Source: a virus
IMG/VR virus record: IMGVR_UViG_3300021490_000001
Span: 1-64,000 of that record
Strand: one strand, 5' to 3'
Length of the DNA stretch: 64,000 nt
The position numbers were made by a program, and so were the translations under genes. The notes under the pieces were generated by a model, which was not told where the DNA came from, did no database searches, and was given only the letters and a program-made list of their open reading frames with translations. Below are positions 46,603-56,469 of this stretch, one piece after another. Each line of letters begins with the position of its first letter. The first letter of the stretch is position 1.

Positions 46603-49541
46603 ACTATCCCCTTAGCTTCTCTTAGTTTGTTTAATATCGAATCTGATATTGTCTCTCCGATTGATTCCTGGTCTGACATCGAGACTCCTGTAAATGTATT
46701 GTTAACTATTAAAGTTACTTCGCCACTTCCTGCATGTTCTTTAGCTATAACCCTTTCTCCTTTTTGGACAGCAATTATTCTATCAGATGTTATAAAACCA
46801 CCAGAGTGAAAATAATCCCTATATGGAGAATCTTCCTCAGGTGTAAAACCTCTTTTCTTTAATTCAGTAGCAGCGCCATATGCTCCTGATCCTCCTGATC
46901 TGAGCATGTCAAACAGATCTGCATTAGAATAGTCAGCCCATGTTTTGGAAGGCCCACGTGGCTCAGTAGGAACACGACTACTTCTACCTCCTCCACCTCC
47001 AGTTGCTTCACCTATGTTTACATCATAGCCTCGTAATTCAATAATCTTATTTATTGTCTTTACCATAGCAGAATATAAAGTAATAGTTTGACCTTCTAAG
47101 GTTCCTAAAGCAGAAGTGTATTTTTCTGCATTTTCTCTTGCTACCTTATATAGTGTAGTAGCCTTACTTATGGCTCCATTTACATCTTCTGTTCCATTGA
47201 ATAATAAGTCATTGGCTTTTAGATAGTTATCTTCTATTTCTCTTACATTCAATTGGATTTCTCTTCTCATAGCTCCGAATGACAATTCATATTGCATCTG
47301 AAGTAATTGGACGCTTGCATTAGCTTCATCGAGTTTTATCTTCTTTTCTTCAAAGGCGATCATCTCATCTTTGTGGGCTAGCTGGAAATCCAGAGACTTT
47401 TTTTGCTGTTCTTTATTTAGTTCCATCAATGCTTTGGCTTCTGTTTCATACATGACAGTTCCTTTGGAATGTTCTAATAACCTTCGTTGGATCGCTATAC
47501 CCTCAAAACCAGAGCGAAATTCAGTAAGTTTTTGTGCTGATAATGCCTTACCGTAAGTTGAAGTAGGACCATAGTTTAACATCATTTCTTCCTGGAGTTT
47601 CATGGCATTAATCTGGCCTGCAAATATTTCTCTCTCTGCTCCTATTTGACCAACGAATCTTGCTTGAGTAATTGCCCCCATCGTAGATTCTGCGTTTTTT
47701 AGAAGCTTGTTATATATACTGGTTTGAATATTTACGGATTTCTGTTTCAATTCTAAGGCGTTTAGAGTTCGTTCTTGGTTTATTAGAGCTTGAACCCCTT
47801 CTTCATAAGTTAAGTCAAGCCCAGCAAATATCGCTTCTTGCGTCTCTTTAGCTTTTTCTGATGCAGCTATCATTTGAGGAATACTTACCTCTACAGTCTG
47901 AAGCATCATTTTAGCCTGAGCATCGTATGCTTTAAGAAGACCTCTAGCTATCTGGAGAGCTTCAGCGTCCTCCATTCCGAATTTTTCGGCTATTTCTTTT
48001 TGCAATTCTTCTACGCTTCTTTTTGCGCTTGTGAAACCAAGAATTGTTTCCCTTAGACCTTTGGTTAAGTCTCTTGCAGTTTCATATTGTCCAGCCTTAG
48101 TAGCCTGTTGAATCTGCATAGTCATTGGCTGGAATACATCTTCAGCCATAAATCCAAGCCAAGCAGCCATTTCGGAATATTGCTGCATTCCCTGAACTTG
48201 CATTGCTTTACCTATGCCCTGAGTTAATTCATTGCCTATCTTAGATCCAAGACCTTCAATTGCTTCACCTATAGCAATCTTTCCAGGTCCTGTCGTCATT
48301 GCTCCTATTAAGGCACTAGCTCCAAGAGCTCCGGAAGTCCACAGCGCACCTGTTTTCAATACTCCCAATAGGCCTCCTTTACTGCCTGCGGAAATGGCTA
48401 GGCCTCCAATTCTTCCTCCTGCTTCGGCAACTAGTCTTCTTTGCAGTGCTGGATCTTCTATTCCTTTACCAACTAATTTTGGACCTAAAAGAGGGATTGC
48501 TCTGATTAATTCTTTAATGGAATTAGAATTTTTAGCTGTTTCTTTTATTACTTTAGTTGCGACATTAGTAGTGGCTGAGGCTTCTTTTGATCCGAGATAT
48601 GGTGTTTGTGTAAACATCTTAATGCTCTCAGCACGAAGTTGAGCTGTAGTTAATCCAGATGTAGGCCCTAATCCTGCTGCTCTTCTTGCAGCAGATAATT
48701 CCTGGCGAGTTAGAGCCAACGCATCCTTATGCTTAACTTCAGCTTTAATCAGTTCGTCTACATTGGCAGAAGCTGTGCGTCGTGCTGCACTAAGCTCATT
48801 CTGTTGTTCGGCTAATGTCCTGTAATATTTTTTGATATCAGAGTTTATTGAGGATATACCCTTGCTGATTTGTCTTTTATCAACAAATAGATTTCCTTCG
48901 CCTCCTTTGTTCTTCAATAAATCATATAATGCAGAGCGATCCGCTTTCGCTTTGGAAATCATTCCTCTTGTTTTATCGATCTCTTCAATCATTTGAGCCT
49001 GCGTTCCTGTCTTCCAGCTTGCTTTTATATCTGTAATTTCTGTTCGTATTTTGCTGATCTGCTTTTCGAGTTGAACTTGTTTTTCCAGGTTCTTAGTCGT
49101 AAATGATTCTAAACTAGCTGACTCTTTTTCTATCTTGAACATATCTTTCAATGATTTAAGAGCTTTTTCCCTGGTAGCTAAGGCTTTAGCTTCATCAGCA
49201 GCATTTATGGCTGTAGTTGCACTTTTAGAAATGTCAGATAGTTGCCCTACAGTTTTTGCTGCTTTGATCGATTTTAATCCTTTATATGCACTATAACCAA
49301 TTATTGATGCATCTATTACTGCACCGCCAAGTTGCATTTTTCCAAGCTCAATTAGCGGTGGGACTACTTTAGATACTTCAGAAGCAAGGCCAGAGTAGGC
49401 ACGCAAGGATTTCTCATTAGCGGAGAGTTGGTTTCTATTCATTTCTTCCAGGATTCGAATCATTTCTGCTTCTGTATTTCCTGTAATGTTATTCCCTATA
49501 GTATCTGCATCTATTATCCTGCCTTTAAATGTCTCTGCCAT
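46599..49541 (-). CDS. Tape measure protein
   Basis: 980 aa A/K/E/G-rich helical protein; C-terminal FHSGG...VQKGERVI; follows tail chaperones. Confidence 0.85.
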   Translation of the reverse strand: MAETFKGRIIDADTIGNNITGNTEAEMIRILEEMNRNQLSANEKSLRAYSGLASEVSKVVPPLIELGKMQLGGAVIDASIIGYSAYKGLKSIKAAKTVGQLSDISKSATTAINAADEAKALATREKALKSLKDMFKIEKESASLESFTTKNLEKQVQLEKQISKIRTEITDIKASWKTGTQAQMIEEIDKTRGMISKAKADRSALYDLLKNKGGEGNLFVDKRQISKGISSINSDIKKYYRTLAEQQNELSAARRTASANVDELIKAEVKHKDALALTRQELSAARRAAGLGPTSGLTTAQLRAESIKMFTQTPYLGSKEASATTNVATKVIKETAKNSNSIKELIRAIPLLGPKLVGKGIEDPALQRRLVAEAGGRIGGLAISAGSKGGLLGVLKTGALWTSGALGASALIGAMTTGPGKIAIGEAIEGLGSKIGNELTQGIGKAMQVQGMQQYSEMAAWLGFMAEDVFQPMTMQIQQATKAGQYETARDLTKGLRETILGFTSAKRSVEELQKEIAEKFGMEDAEALQIARGLLKAYDAQAKMMLQTVEVSIPQMIAASEKAKETQEAIFAGLDLTYEEGVQALINQERTLNALELKQKSVNIQTSIYNKLLKNAESTMGAITQARFVGQIGAEREIFAGQINAMKLQEEMMLNYGPTSTYGKALSAQKLTEFRSGFEGIAIQRRLLEHSKGTVMYETEAKALMELNKEQQKKSLDFQLAHKDEMIAFEEKKIKLDEANASVQLLQMQYELSFGAMRREIQLNVREIEDNYLKANDLLFNGTEDVNGAISKATTLYKVARENAEKYTSALGTLEGQTITLYSAMVKTINKIIELRGYDVNIGEATGGGGGRSSRVPTEPRGPSKTWADYSNADLFDMLRSGGSGAYGAATELKKRGFTPEEDSPYRDYFHSGGFITSDRIIAVQKGERVIAKEHAGSGEVTLIVNNTFTGVSMSDQESIGETISDSILNKLREAKGIV

Positions 49542-49739
49542 TTACTTCGCCTGTTTTTTAAACTGCTCGATTATCTTCCTAGCTCTCGCTTGCTCTTCCT
49601 CTATTCTTTTCTTTTTCTCTGCTTTTTCGAAATCGAGGTTATCAAGGAACATAAGCCCAAGGATATCACAGGCTCTTTCTTTTCTTACCTGCGAAGGAAG
49701 CCATCCGCATTTATCTCTAAAATATTGATATGTTTTCAA
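49542..49739 (-). CDS. Tail assembly chaperone, C-terminal (GT-type) part, probably made by -1 frameshift
   Basis: GWLPSQVR motif; -1 frame open from 49766. Confidence 0.65.
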   Translation of the reverse strand: MKTYQYFRDKCGWLPSQVRKERACDILGLMFLDNLDFEKAEKKKRIEEEQARARKIIEQFKKQAK

Positions 49740-50044
49740 TTCTTCTGGGATAGCTTCTTTCGAAAATTAACAGGCTTAAATGCATAGATCTCCAACCAAA
49801 GGCTGGTTCCCTCCTGGAAGGTCAAACTCTTTAGGATTTCATTTTTTTCCTGCTCAGATCCTATTATGGATGCTTTTACATGGGACTCAATTTGTTTGTC
49901 TGTCTCACTATTTAATTTTATATACTCGCTATAGTTAAGACACCTGAAAGTTACACTAAAACCATCATTGAAAGTAATGGTTCTAGTTCCATCAGGGTTG
50001 TCTTTTAGTTTATAGTCTGCATCCTTAATTGCTGGTTCAATCAC
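49736..50044 (-). CDS. Tail assembly chaperone (G-type)
   Basis: Between tail tube and tape measure; VTFRCL; ends ...PVNF. Confidence 0.7.
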   Translation of the reverse strand: MIEPAIKDADYKLKDNPDGTRTITFNDGFSVTFRCLNYSEYIKLNSETDKQIESHVKASIIGSEQEKNEILKSLTFQEGTSLWLEIYAFKPVNFRKKLSQKN

Positions 50045-50055
50045 TCAATCACCTC

Positions 50056-51087
50056 TTAACTCCATGGAGACGCATCTGAATTGTAGATATGGCAACTATC
50101 GAGAGCTAATGGTCTGATTGCCATAGCAAGTGTAATAGGGGTATTGCCTACGTCCTTAGTAAATCCAGGAGTATCAATTATTGAGTTTTTGAATCCTATA
50201 AAGATTTCGTCTTTTGTTGTAGTTGCACTACGAGTCATTGTGATATTGAAATTAAAGTCAAAGATAGTTGTGCCTTGTGCCTTGGTTGTGGTTTCAACAC
50301 CACCTGTGGTTCCTGTAAAGAACGCATCATAGTGTTTTCTGTCTGTGAAATCTACATTAAGGATTGCATTGTAATTTCTTCCCTGCTCATGGATTGCAGA
50401 GATGCATCGTTCGTCTCCTGTATCAGTGCAATACATTTTTGGATTAAGATCATTATCGATTGTGACTTCCCAGCGATTTACATTTTCGAATACTTCAGCT
50501 ACTGTAGTTGCAGCATTATTTGTCTTGATAACACAGTGATGCCACCTGAAAGGCTCTACATCCGGTGCGCTTGCTGTAAGGACAGTAGTTGCGATTCTCA
50601 TATCTTGGGCTATGAAATCAACATTCTCTGTTACAAAACCACCTGAGTCGCCTGAGATCGAATATCTGCTAACTTTGCATCCTTCATATTCTCTAGAGAA
50701 TCCACTACCTGCTACCTGGTCATACAAAGTAAACGAAGGGATTTCATCCTTCTCTGCGATTGTATGGTCATAGTAGTCTGCGGTTGTTGTTCCGACAGGT
50801 GAGCTTGTTACGCTTCCAAAGGCCATTTTCAAAAACCATCCATCACTTAGCCATTGTGAAAAAGAATCAGAATAGCTAAGAGGCCCTAACTGAGGTTGTG
50901 GCATGTTTCTTGTATTTACTCCATCAAAGAATCTCTGATCACTGAATCCTTTGTTTTCTGAGCCTGCTGGTCCTGAAATAGGGAACCTTAACTTAGTGGC
51001 TGCTGCTGTTGTAGCTGTTCCATAAGTTGCTTCTTCTGCTACAAATATCTGGCCTGAATAGCCAAATGCTGGTCGTGTAATTGTCAT
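50056..51087 (-). CDS. Major tail tube protein
   Basis: AEEATYGT, YDHTI, PSFTL, YEGCKVS, EVTIDNDL, GRNY. Confidence 0.85.
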   Translation of the reverse strand: MTITRPAFGYSGQIFVAEEATYGTATTAAATKLRFPISGPAGSENKGFSDQRFFDGVNTRNMPQPQLGPLSYSDSFSQWLSDGWFLKMAFGSVTSSPVGTTTADYYDHTIAEKDEIPSFTLYDQVAGSGFSREYEGCKVSRYSISGDSGGFVTENVDFIAQDMRIATTVLTASAPDVEPFRWHHCVIKTNNAATTVAEVFENVNRWEVTIDNDLNPKMYCTDTGDERCISAIHEQGRNYNAILNVDFTDRKHYDAFFTGTTGGVETTTKAQGTTIFDFNFNITMTRSATTTKDEIFIGFKNSIIDTPGFTKDVGNTPITLAMAIRPLALDSCHIYNSDASPWS

Positions 51088-51323
51088 TTCTTATCCTCTC
51101 CTATTTTTGGATTTGTGGGTTTAGTCTTTTCCACTTTCTTTTCTGATTTGGTTTCTATATGCTTGGCGATGAATCTTTTGTCTTTTACTAATTTGCCTAA
51201 TTCATCCGGAACTGTCGCTGATACTCCAGGCTCCATATTAAGCCATGTTATTTTTTTTGATGATGGATGTACTAAACCCAATATTCGTTTTCCTTCACCT
51301 TGTTTTAGTTTGATTTCAAACAT
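51084..51323 (-). CDS. Small hypothetical tail-region protein
   Basis: GGAGGAG SD. Confidence 0.6.
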   Translation of the reverse strand: MFEIKLKQGEGKRILGLVHPSSKKITWLNMEPGVSATVPDELGKLVKDKRFIAKHIETKSEKKVEKTKPTNPKIGEDKK

Positions 51324-51325
51324 GT

Positions 51326-51784
51326 TTAACTCCTCCAGATAAATAGATTGAAATATGTTCTATTGAAATACATCTTGCTCTGCGGATCGAAATCAAAAGC
51401 CAATCTTAGCGTCGGGGCTCTTGTTATGCTTGTGATTCCAGGGATGCTTGTTGAGTTCGACTCGATGTAGTTCATGACCTGATCCCAAATTCTGTTTAAT
51501 AGCTTAGATCCTCCATATTCAACTTCATTTATTGTTCCCTTAACTCCACCTCTCACCAGGATATACATTCTAAGTATGACATTCATTGGCTGGACTGTAG
51601 AGCCCATGTGCATCCGTCCTGGAGTCTCTTTATCCCATATGAAATAAATCCTTGGAGTTTTGGCATTCTCTTCGTATGCACCATAATATATCCAATTCTT
51701 ATCCGTTCTATGAATCGGATCTTCTACATTATCACGCAAACCCTCAAGGAGGTTGTCTACAGCTTCGCTAATGTAGTCTGTCAT
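51326..51784 (-). CDS. Putative tail terminator/neck protein
   Basis: Upstream of the tail tube; TPRIY motif; size. Confidence 0.6.
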   Translation of the reverse strand: MTDYISEAVDNLLEGLRDNVEDPIHRTDKNWIYYGAYEENAKTPRIYFIWDKETPGRMHMGSTVQPMNVILRMYILVRGGVKGTINEVEYGGSKLLNRIWDQVMNYIESNSTSIPGITSITRAPTLRLAFDFDPQSKMYFNRTYFNLFIWRS

Positions 51785-51786
51785 AT

Positions 51787-52695
51787 TTACCAGTATGGAT
51801 TTCCAGTAGCTTCAAGTCGAGATGAAAGCATCTTTCCTCTTGCCCTTAGTGCCTTTTTGATGTAATATTCATATTGTGCTTTATTCCAGTCTGTAGTTGC
51901 TCCTTCCATTTTAAGTGCGGGTTCAGGAGTATCACCATAATGTCCTGATTTGATCAGGCTCATCGTAAGGTGAGCAACAGCAGACTGAATTAAAGAGTAT
52001 CCTGCATCTGTAGACACCCATCTTCTACCGCTATCTCTCTCTGCAATCAGCGATGCTTTGGTTACGCTGGTCGTGAAAGCACTTCTTGAGATTTCTTTTC
52101 CAGTGCCAACTTCTGATTCAGTAATCGCGGCGAATTCAGCTGGCGTTACGTAGTTTTTAGTGTGGAGAGAGAAGAATAATTGATCAACCCAGAAGCGCCC
52201 AATAGACGTTCCTGTAATGACTTTTATCTTTGCATGGCTGGCAGTTGATGGTGAAGTTGTGGATATTTCTGAACGAGTCCAGTCTGAGTAAGAATATATT
52301 TTATCTCCTTCATCGGAGCTTATTAAGGTGCCTTCATTCGTATACCAATCAATCTGTCCCATGATGTATCCGCTAGAGGAATATGACTTAAGCCAGCATC
52401 TCATATCATAAGTTGAGCCTGCTGTGATTGGCACATTAAATTGTGTTCTTAAACCGGAAGAATAAATCGTAGATCCCTCGCTGTTAATTTTAAACATGCG
52501 CGTGCCTTCAATGGGCCTTACTTCATAAGTGGTGCCAACATCGAGATTTTGTTCCATTGAAAATATTGGTGTGGCTCCTGTAGTCGAATAAAAAGATTCG
52601 TATCCTTCAGGAACATCAGCATCAGTTGCGCTTATAATTTCAAAATTGCCATTATTAAGAATATTCAGGTCTATTTCTCTTGCTTGATAATTCAT
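51787..52695 (-). CDS. Carbohydrate-binding (CBM4/9-like) domain fused to a putative head-tail adaptor
   Basis: NILNNGNFE...FWVDQL jelly-roll, then NYVTPAEF...QSAVAHLT connector-like helices. Confidence 0.55.
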   Translation of the reverse strand: MNYQAREIDLNILNNGNFEIISATDADVPEGYESFYSTTGATPIFSMEQNLDVGTTYEVRPIEGTRMFKINSEGSTIYSSGLRTQFNVPITAGSTYDMRCWLKSYSSSGYIMGQIDWYTNEGTLISSDEGDKIYSYSDWTRSEISTTSPSTASHAKIKVITGTSIGRFWVDQLFFSLHTKNYVTPAEFAAITESEVGTGKEISRSAFTTSVTKASLIAERDSGRRWVSTDAGYSLIQSAVAHLTMSLIKSGHYGDTPEPALKMEGATTDWNKAQYEYYIKKALRARGKMLSSRLEATGNPYW

Positions 52696-52721
52696 ATATT
52701 TCGCCTTGCTTGGCTAGGTTT

Positions 52722-52744
52722 GTGGCTGGGCATAGCCCAGCCAC
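52722..52744. terminator. Perfect hairpin GTGGCTGGGC-ATA-GCCCAGCCAC
   Basis: 10-bp inverted repeat in intergenic space. Confidence 0.45.
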
Positions 52745-52756
52745 GAAGGTGATACA

Positions 52757-53071
52757 TTAAGGGATGATGTCTCTTACTTTCGCTTTAACAGCTTTGGTTG
52801 TATTCTGAGTTATATGAACAAGTCCAATTGCTGCGAGGAAAGGGGTGAGATTAGAGACTATGTTTGCAGCCTGTTCATATGGCACGCCTTGCACCGCTGC
52901 TACTATTCCTATCATAGCCCCATAGATGGCTGTGTTCCTAAGTTTTTCCATCTCAAAGGTCATCTTAGGATTCTCAAGTTTCTTCTTCATATACGGAGCT
53001 AATCCGCAAATTATGCCTGCTGTTGCTCCATATACTACAGGCCATAGACCTGCTATAATAGATATATCCAT
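52757..53071 (-). CDS. Holin-like small membrane protein
   Basis: Three hydrophobic segments, basic C-terminus; GAGGTG SD. Confidence 0.55.
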   Translation of the reverse strand: MDISIIAGLWPVVYGATAGIICGLAPYMKKKLENPKMTFEMEKLRNTAIYGAMIGIVAAVQGVPYEQAANIVSNLTPFLAAIGLVHITQNTTKAVKAKVRDIIP

Positions 53072-53117
53072 ATTTACACCTCTAAAGGTTTATGGTTATA
53101 GTTAGAGTGCATTTTAT

Positions 53118-53426
53118 TTAATTGTTATCTTTAATTGCCTGATCGAGAAGGATCATAGAATCGATAAGCTGCGTGCCCTCTTTAGAAGTCGAATAATAGT
53201 TGGAGATCTTATGGTTGTAATATCTATTCTTTTTTTCTATCAAACCAAGATCAATCATTTTAGAAACCATGTTATAGGTATTACTGGAATGAAAATGGAA
53301 TTTCTTTATTATACTTCCAATAGAATTAGGCTCGATCATTCTGATTTCCTTTAGTAACGTAAATGGCTTAGTTCTAAAGAATGGATTGGTATATGAGTTC
53401 CGGATCTGAATCACCCAAAGCCACAA
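53118..53426 (-). CDS. Winged-helix (MarR-like) DNA-binding protein
   Basis: TYNMVSKMIDLGLIEK...YSTSKEG. Confidence 0.7.
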   Translation of the reverse strand: MWLWVIQIRNSYTNPFFRTKPFTLLKEIRMIEPNSIGSIIKKFHFHSSNTYNMVSKMIDLGLIEKKNRYYNHKISNYYSTSKEGTQLIDSMILLDQAIKDNN

Positions 53427-53739
53427 ATGGCTTATTTCGAATATCGCATTTATTCAAAATTGAGGAATACATTAGCGATTGTTTCTTGGCTTTTAAATAA
53501 TTATTATATGTATTTCTGCTTTTAATCTCTCCAACTAAGTAGTAGTCTTCAAGCTCATAGATGATGTCTGGTTCTTTGCGGGAATCGCATCCGTATTTTT
53601 TAAAGGAAATCCTTAATGGAGTTTCAGCGCAAATTCTCATGATTTCACAGCATGAGATTCCTAATGGTTTGAGAAGCTCATCTGTAGGAAATCTATATTT
53701 ACTTACTATTCGATCATGTGTTCTGCTAGTTGACCTCAT
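53374..53739 (-). CDS. PD-(D/E)XK nuclease-family protein
   Basis: EPDII...LVGEIKS...KAKKQ. Confidence 0.7.
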   Translation of the reverse strand: MRSTSRTHDRIVSKYRFPTDELLKPLGISCCEIMRICAETPLRISFKKYGCDSRKEPDIIYELEDYYLVGEIKSRNTYNNYLKAKKQSLMYSSILNKCDIRNKPFVALGDSDPELIYQSIL

Positions 53740-53960
53740 AAATACTTCACTCGGTTCCTGGTATATATTTGCTTTTCCAGGACATTAAGAGTTTCCATCA
53801 TGTCTCCCAAACATCTATATGCATTAATTGTATTTATAGATTCCATCACTTCACTTGGTGTATTCTCGCTTTCCATATACTCTCTGCAAAAGGCTCTTTG
53901 TATGGGATCGCACTCCAGTCTCAAGCAGAATGGATTTCCACATTTTTTCATTACTTGCAC
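53736..53960 (-). CDS. Small Cys-containing hypothetical protein
   Basis: CGNPFC..C...C; packed ORF. Confidence 0.5.
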   Translation of the reverse strand: MQVMKKCGNPFCLRLECDPIQRAFCREYMESENTPSEVMESINTINAYRCLGDMMETLNVLEKQIYTRNRVKYL

Positions 53961-54436
53961 CTTAGTTTGCTTATGATTTCATCCTGTAGTATATATTGCT
54001 CTACTTTCTTTGTCAAATCGAAGTCCTTTTTGTCCAAATAATTCATGAGCTCTTTTTTATGATATTGATTTTCTGATTCGCGCTCAATCAGTTCAAGGAA
54101 TCTCATATATGTCTTATCAAGGACTTCAAGAGCAATAACTGCCATTTCATGCCTCTGAGCTATCAGGCTGTTAGGCATGGTATGATTTTCCTTAATATAC
54201 CTATAGATGTAGTTCGTAATTCCTTCTAATGGTTTTAGAGCTTTTTCAAAAGATACTTGAGAGTCTTGTTCATAGAACAAAGGCAAGCGCCTTAGTCCAA
54301 TTTCCACATATGCGCTTGCATCTTCGTTGAGGACTCTTTTGCTAGGAAACATTTTTTCCATTTGATTCTCGTTCATCTGGTCACCCATATATTTTATTAG
54401 TCTGCTCATCCTCTGCAGTATGAAAATTCTCGTCAA
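53951..54436 (-). CDS. Hypothetical helical protein (likely start MNENQ)
   Basis: GGGTGA SD before MNENQ. Confidence 0.55.
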   Translation of the reverse strand: MTRIFILQRMSRLIKYMGDQMNENQMEKMFPSKRVLNEDASAYVEIGLRRLPLFYEQDSQVSFEKALKPLEGITNYIYRYIKENHTMPNSLIAQRHEMAVIALEVLDKTYMRFLELIERESENQYHKKELMNYLDKKDFDLTKKVEQYILQDEIISKLRCK

Positions 54437-54752
54437 TTAATTCGTCATATTCTTCATTTTCAATTAATTCTATTTCTTTTTCTAATAGCTTATAGTCTTC
54501 ATTGGTTGTAAAAGAAGGCAAGCCTTTCTCGTTTAGATAAAATGTGTAGTGTTCTTCATTGGCTCGCTTTCCAAATTGATAGCCCCGATAGTTATTAAGA
54601 AACGATTGTCCTACATGTATTGCAGACTCTATATTAAACATATTCTCAAGATTGTCATCACCGAGTTTGCTCAATCGTTGAAATTCGGACTTGGAATTCA
54701 TGGCTAATGCATAGATTCTATCAAGGAAATCTTCTTTGGTTATTTTTTGCAT
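54381..54752 (-). CDS. Hypothetical protein
   Basis: TATA (TTTATATA) about 25 nt upstream, leaderless. Confidence 0.6.
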   Translation of the reverse strand: MQKITKEDFLDRIYALAMNSKSEFQRLSKLGDDNLENMFNIESAIHVGQSFLNNYRGYQFGKRANEEHYTFYLNEKGLPSFTTNEDYKLLEKEIELIENEEYDELIDENFHTAEDEQTNKIYG

Positions 54753-54790
54753 ATATAATTAAGGAATTGCTTTCTATATAAATGTGTTCC

Positions 54791-55024
54791 TTATAACACA
54801 ATAAAATCTTCCGTTATCGACTGTGTCATTATGGGAAGCCCAAACAGGCTCTGCACCGAATGTCGCTTTTCACCTTCTTCAGTTATCCTCATTAAGTCTC
54901 TGCAATGGATGTTGAGTTTCGCAAGGAATTCATGGCTGACTATTATGTGAGTGGGCTGTTCTGCCTTGTATTCCTTAAAGGTCAATAATACTTTCTGTAT
55001 CCTTTCAATTGGATCTCCTTTCAT
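54791..55024 (-). CDS. Hypothetical protein
   Basis: PTHIIV...LFGLPI pattern; packed ORF. Confidence 0.55.
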   Translation of the reverse strand: MKGDPIERIQKVLLTFKEYKAEQPTHIIVSHEFLAKLNIHCRDLMRITEEGEKRHSVQSLFGLPIMTQSITEDFIVL

Positions 55025-55332
55025 TTAACCACTTTGAATTTCTTCTCAAATTCTTCAGGCGAATAGATGCCTGTTGAAAACGCCAAATTAACTATCCAAT
55101 CTTTATCTCTAATTTTATATCCATCTTTTCCATAGGCATCATAGATATAGAATGTATAGTCTTCATCTTTGAATACTTGTATTTTCGTATCGCATATCTC
55201 TAAAGTGCACTTGACGATGCTCGCTTTGGAGTCCTTCGTTTGTTTGTCTGCAAGCTTTTTAGCCTTCGCCTCATCGAACTGAAATGCAGTTCCATTTGTT
55301 GTTAGTTCTGTAGTTACATTTATCGGTTTCAT
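55021..55332 (-). CDS. Hypothetical viral protein
   Basis: IRDKDWIV...IYSPEEFEKKF; ATGA overlaps. Confidence 0.6.
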   Translation of the reverse strand: MKPINVTTELTTNGTAFQFDEAKAKKLADKQTKDSKASIVKCTLEICDTKIQVFKDEDYTFYIYDAYGKDGYKIRDKDWIVNLAFSTGIYSPEEFEKKFKVVK

Positions 55333-55517
55333 TTTAATTCCTCCTTTAATGCCTTGAAAGTATCAAGGGCTTCCTCGGATGTTCTTCCTGAGACTTGAAG
55401 TGTCTGGGTTTTTATATCTGACAGTCCTTTGCGTTCTTCCTTGTTAAAATAAATCGTAGGGAGATTTTTGTCTATATATTCAGTCTTGTGAATTACTTCC
55501 TTATTTGGCTCTTTCAT
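55329..55517 (-). CDS. Hypothetical protein
   Basis: GGAGG SD. Confidence 0.55.
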   Translation of the reverse strand: MKEPNKEVIHKTEYIDKNLPTIYFNKEERKGLSDIKTQTLQVSGRTSEEALDTFKALKEELK

Positions 55518-55716
55518 TAGATCCCTCCAGTATCTGCTTGATTAACTTATGCTGCTCTTTGACTAAGTCGGTTTCGCATAATCGATCGGCTTCGCATTTG
55601 CAATACAATCCAGCGTATCCCAAAACTGCCAAGTTTCTTTTAGTGTTGCACAGTTTGCATTTATCGTATTCATCCAACAGTTTCCTTGCTCTTCCTATCT
55701 GGTCTATGGCTTTCAT
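55501..55716 (-). CDS. Small Cys-rich hypothetical protein
   Basis: CKLC...CKC; packed ORF. Confidence 0.5.
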   Translation of the reverse strand: MKAIDQIGRARKLLDEYDKCKLCNTKRNLAVLGYAGLYCKCEADRLCETDLVKEQHKLIKQILEGSNERAK

Positions 55717-55910
55717 GGTATCCCTGTCTCGATTGATTCCTGATTAGTATGGCCTGGGTCGTGTTGGGGATTCATCGTAGATGCACATCACTCCCGGTTC
55801 TGTATCTAAAGGACAAGGTTCACCCCTCTGGTTTAGAGCATCGTCTTTTGCTTTCGCATGGATTCAGGTCATCTGTTTTAGAGTTCTTAATTTTCTATAT
55901 CTATGGTTCC

Positions 55911-56390
55911 TTAGCTCCTCTCAATGCAAATCGCCAAGAGGATTATGAATAATAGTATCGGAATCGCCTGTGAAGCTTGAGATATATCGCCTGCTAGGTC
56001 TATCAGTGTTAGGATACAGATCAGACACACTCCAAGGGTTGACATCCAACTATTCATATTAACCACAATACTAACCACAATCTGCGCATCTGGTCAGCCA
56101 GCATTTTTATGAACAGGACACCACACATTTCTTTATTCATTTAGATTCCTCCCAGCGCTCCCAGCGCATATGCTATCACCATGCAGAGTGTTAAGAGTAG
56201 CATAAGAAGCATCGCCTTGTAAAGTTTAGGTATGTCGCTGATGGCTATGTCTATCAGTGTTAGGATACAGACTAGATACCATCCAATGACTATCAGGCAA
56301 TTAATCATATTAACCACAATCTGCGCATCTGGTCAGCCAGTATTTTTTATGAATAGGACACCACACCAGGCCTTTAATCTCTTTCTCCAT
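55911..56390 (-). repeat. Tandem duplication of a roughly 240-bp two-mini-gene cassette (Cys/His peptide plus 2-TM peptide)
   Basis: Shared blocks GTCTATCAGTGTTAGGATACAGA and AACCACAATCTGCGCATCTGGTCAGCCAG; ORFs 56310-56390, 56141-56308, 55911-56057. Confidence 0.8.
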
Positions 56391-56469
56391 AGTTAGAATT
56401 GGTGAGTTTTCTTTATATATCTATGGACTATCAGAGACTATGTATCTGTTAGGATTTAGTCTAATGCTC

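Noticed and set aside
14612-53788. Numerous short + strand ORFs within the late arm (and - strand ORFs within the early arm)
   Set aside because: Antisense shadows of well-supported genes, without SD or motifs
53374-54752. Terminase subunits
   Set aside because: No Walker A/B or RNase H motifs, and too short for TerL; TerS cannot be supported by eye
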